Positions 61,501-64,000 of a stretch of DNA of 64,000 bases are shown piece by piece; positions within the stretch are counted from its first letter, which is position 1; each line of letters starts with the position of its first letter. This DNA comes from Macrostomum lignano (taxonomy: Eukaryota). The notes under the pieces are model-generated. The model searched no databases and had not been told where the DNA came from. It saw nothing but the letters and a program-made list of their open reading frames with translations. The position numbers and the translations under genes are program-made. The stretch spans positions 62,001 through 126,000 of the forward strand of contig NIVC01000739.1 of assembly GCA_002269645.1 (NCBI GenBank). Direction: 5' to 3'.

Positions 61501-64000
61501 TTACAAACTTTTTACATCCTTACAAGTTTCCCACACATATCGAAATGACCAATTTTGGTGCTTCAGAGCTTAACGGAAGAAACTGATGCACGAAAAGGCG
61601 ACTTCGAGCTTCTGCTGCAGTTAGGTGAGGAGTTTTCAGATGCAAATTTTGACAGAGAAGAAGCTACGAGTAATTTGACAGAAATCGCGCGAACCAGCTG
61701 GAACAGATTCGAGGAGTTAAGGAAGAGAGCTTTAGTAAGTACGCTTGCGCAAACCTCAATTTCTGTTTTATTGCTGCTCTAACAATTCACTGCAAATCCT
61801 GCTTTTTTGTTTGATGCTGTTCAGAAACTGCGGGAGAGTCTATCGGCTTCAGTGGAGATCCAAAAGCGCTTTGAAGAGGAGCTGAAAAGCTTTCGGAATT
61901 GGTCCACCGAGGCTCGAGCTAGTGAAGCCAATCTACTTATCAACACAAGCCTTGAACCCGTTAATGCCGCAGCAGCGTCCGCGCAGCTAAGCGAAGTGAA
62001 GTATTTACAATGTGAAGTTGAACATCATTCCTCATCGCTGACCAGAATTGCAGAAATTGGCCAGAGACTGGCTCAAAGTGACGAGTTAAACGCCGGTCTT
62101 CGTGAGCGCATTTTACAGCAGAAGAAAGGAATTGAAAAACTATACGGCAAATTGAAGGTTCAGCTGGAGTCTAAGAAGGTGAGTCCGTGACGTTAATGGG
62201 TATACCATTTTGAACTTACTGTGGAGTTCTTCAATAAACGACATCGCCCTCTCCATCTCACAGAAAATAGCTGACAGACATAATCGGATGTGCAAGAAGT
62301 TAGCCGAATTTAATTATTTGACTGACAAAGCGAAATCTTGGATGAAGAAGTGCCATCAGAAACTTGACAGGATACGCAGTAGTCTGAATATGGTCCCTGT
62401 TGAAGAACGTGACGTTATGGTGAGAGCAGATCTTGTTGATGCACTTGTAAATAAGCTTGCAAATGCCGAACACTGATGCCATAAACCTGCGCAACCCAAT
62501 TAGCTCATTAAATCGGAAATTAGCAACGGAAAATTACACAACCTGACGCGCGCAATCGAGGCTGGCGAGGGTCTCAAGCAGAAATCGAACTGTCCTCCCT
62601 ATGTCGCTGCATATGTCAAAGAGGTCGAGGGTCTGTGGTGCTCGCTGGACTACAAGTTAACCAGAGTGCAGAAGGAGGTTAAGGATTCGATTAGAAAGCG
62701 GCTCGAAGTGCGGCAGCAACTGCAGGAAGCCGACAGCAGGCTGAAAGATTTGGAGACGCTTTTCAATGATCTGTCACGGCAGAAAAAAGTTCTTCTAAAT
62801 GAGCAAGTTCAACAGGTTAATGAGCTTAAGGTAAGCTGAATCAGAGAGAGTCAGATAAAATAATATATTTTCAAGAATTAGAAAGCCTTGTTCTTCTAGC
62901 TTTTGTTCTAACTTTCGTGCTGTAACCATCAAGCATTCCTTCAAAATCGAATTCGGCACATTTTTCAAGGTATTCAGCTTCTAATTGTTCTATTTTCAGA
63001 CACTAAAAGAAGATGGTCATAAATTGAAGACATCACTAGAGCAACTAAACCGAAGCGCGTCAATGCAGAGGTATGGCGTCAGAGAACAACATGACTCATT
63101 ATTAAATCGTTGTCAAACGCTTCAGAAAACGGTTCAGGTAAGTTTAAACAATTTTAATCTGTGAGGGGTGTCCCAGAAGTAATGTCACTTTTTCTTGTAA
63201 AGCTTATTCTAATGGAACACTTAACTGGGAAACACATGATAAAGCGGCACAGTCTAGCTAAATTTTGACGTTGAAATTTGGAAAAAATTACACACTTTCT
63301 AGTTGTGGCAGAAAGTAAAAATGAATCTACTTCTGGGAAACCTAGTGGCGTCGCAGCTAGGACGACAGGGGGGGGGGGGTACGATCCCTCCAAGAAAAAT
63401 CTATGGGGGGGCTACCAATGCTTTGCCTTCCACCCTATCTTGTGACCAAGAGGACCAAAAAGATGGAAATAAAAAATTTTGCTTCAAGGCGTCATGATGA
63501 GTGCCTGCGGTGCCTAAATGACAATAATGGTGCAACACTGATTCCCAAAATAATACAGGAATTTAGTCATGCCAAAATCTTGGCTTTGTCCCCCCACCAT
63601 AAAATCCATAACGACGCCCCAGGGGAAACCCCGTAGTTGCAGAAGCAACAATAGTGATTCCAATCAATTGCAGACATTGCTTGACGAGCTGTCCAGCTCT
63701 GTGAAAGAGCAGCAGACTTGGACTGCTTCCGTTGAAAAGTTCAAAAGGGATGTCCAAGAATGGATGAAGCTTTGCAGTGACTGCACGGTTCAAGAAAACG
63801 ACGCAACTGAACATTCGGGAAAATGGCAGAGCCTAGCAGAACAGCTGGCCAAAACGGGCGAAGAGATGCAAGTAAACTTTGATGCAATGCAACAGAAGTA
63901 CCTAAGACTTGCAGACAGTCACCACAGCAGTCTTGATCTTCATGAACAAATGCACGAAATAAATCGTTCTTTTTGTAAAGCTAAGGACGGTGCAGCTGCA
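58541..64000 (+). CDS. Large spectrin-repeat protein (nesprin/dystrophin-like rod), 5' part; continues beyond the window
   Basis: Frame-consistent phase-0 exons 58541(CTG)/58598(ATG)-58819, 59152-59481, 59642-59773, 59876-60235, 60330-60467 (GC donor), 61144-61458, 61567-61734, 61825-62178, 62264-62419, 62504-62830, 63000-63137, 63674->64000. Recurrent spectrin helix-A Trp motifs (MQSWVSGKE, FQSWLDQQE, LTDWLDTSD, FRNWSTEA, AKSWMKKC). Confidence 0.88.
60530..60830 (+). mobile_element. tRNA-SINE copy in spectrin-gene intron
   Basis: CAGTGGTCAGTGCGGCGCTCTGATGTGCC...GGCTCGATT head; body matches the reverse complement of 22.0-22.3 kb. Confidence 0.7.

Overview
Eukaryotic (invertebrate metazoan) genomic DNA with AT-rich intergenic sequence, spliceosomal introns and minisatellite-filled introns; the taxon cannot be determined from sequence. 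All gene models were assembled by eye from GT/GC-AG sites and reading frame and have no transcript support. Left half: 5' part of a Lifeguard/TMBIM gene (minus strand, runs off the window); a strongly CpG-depleted, TE-rich block (near-intact mariner, dead Crypton tyrosine recombinase, MITE, a 64-bp 28S rRNA-like fragment, and a 965-bp direct duplication flanking a 176-bp satellite); then VTI1A and a divergent Rac-like GTPase. Right half (29.7-64 kb) is the notable part: seven stand-alone tankyrase-like PARP (H-Y-E) catalytic-domain genes, called P1-P7 here, next to a large spectrin-repeat gene. Several begin with N-myristoylation plus polybasic motifs, often in small first exons the ORF track misses. 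P2 and P3, and possibly P1, carry spectrin-repeat exons resembling those of the neighbouring gene. P4-P7 alternate canonical and nicotinamide-site-mutated copies. The promoter and first exon of the spectrin gene are duplicated in inverted orientation upstream of P1, and the spectrin gene has a CTG exactly where the copy has its ATG-Gly start. The best candidate for an undescribed system is a locally evolved, exon-shuffled family of membrane-anchored ADP-ribosyltransferases and possible pseudo-enzymes.
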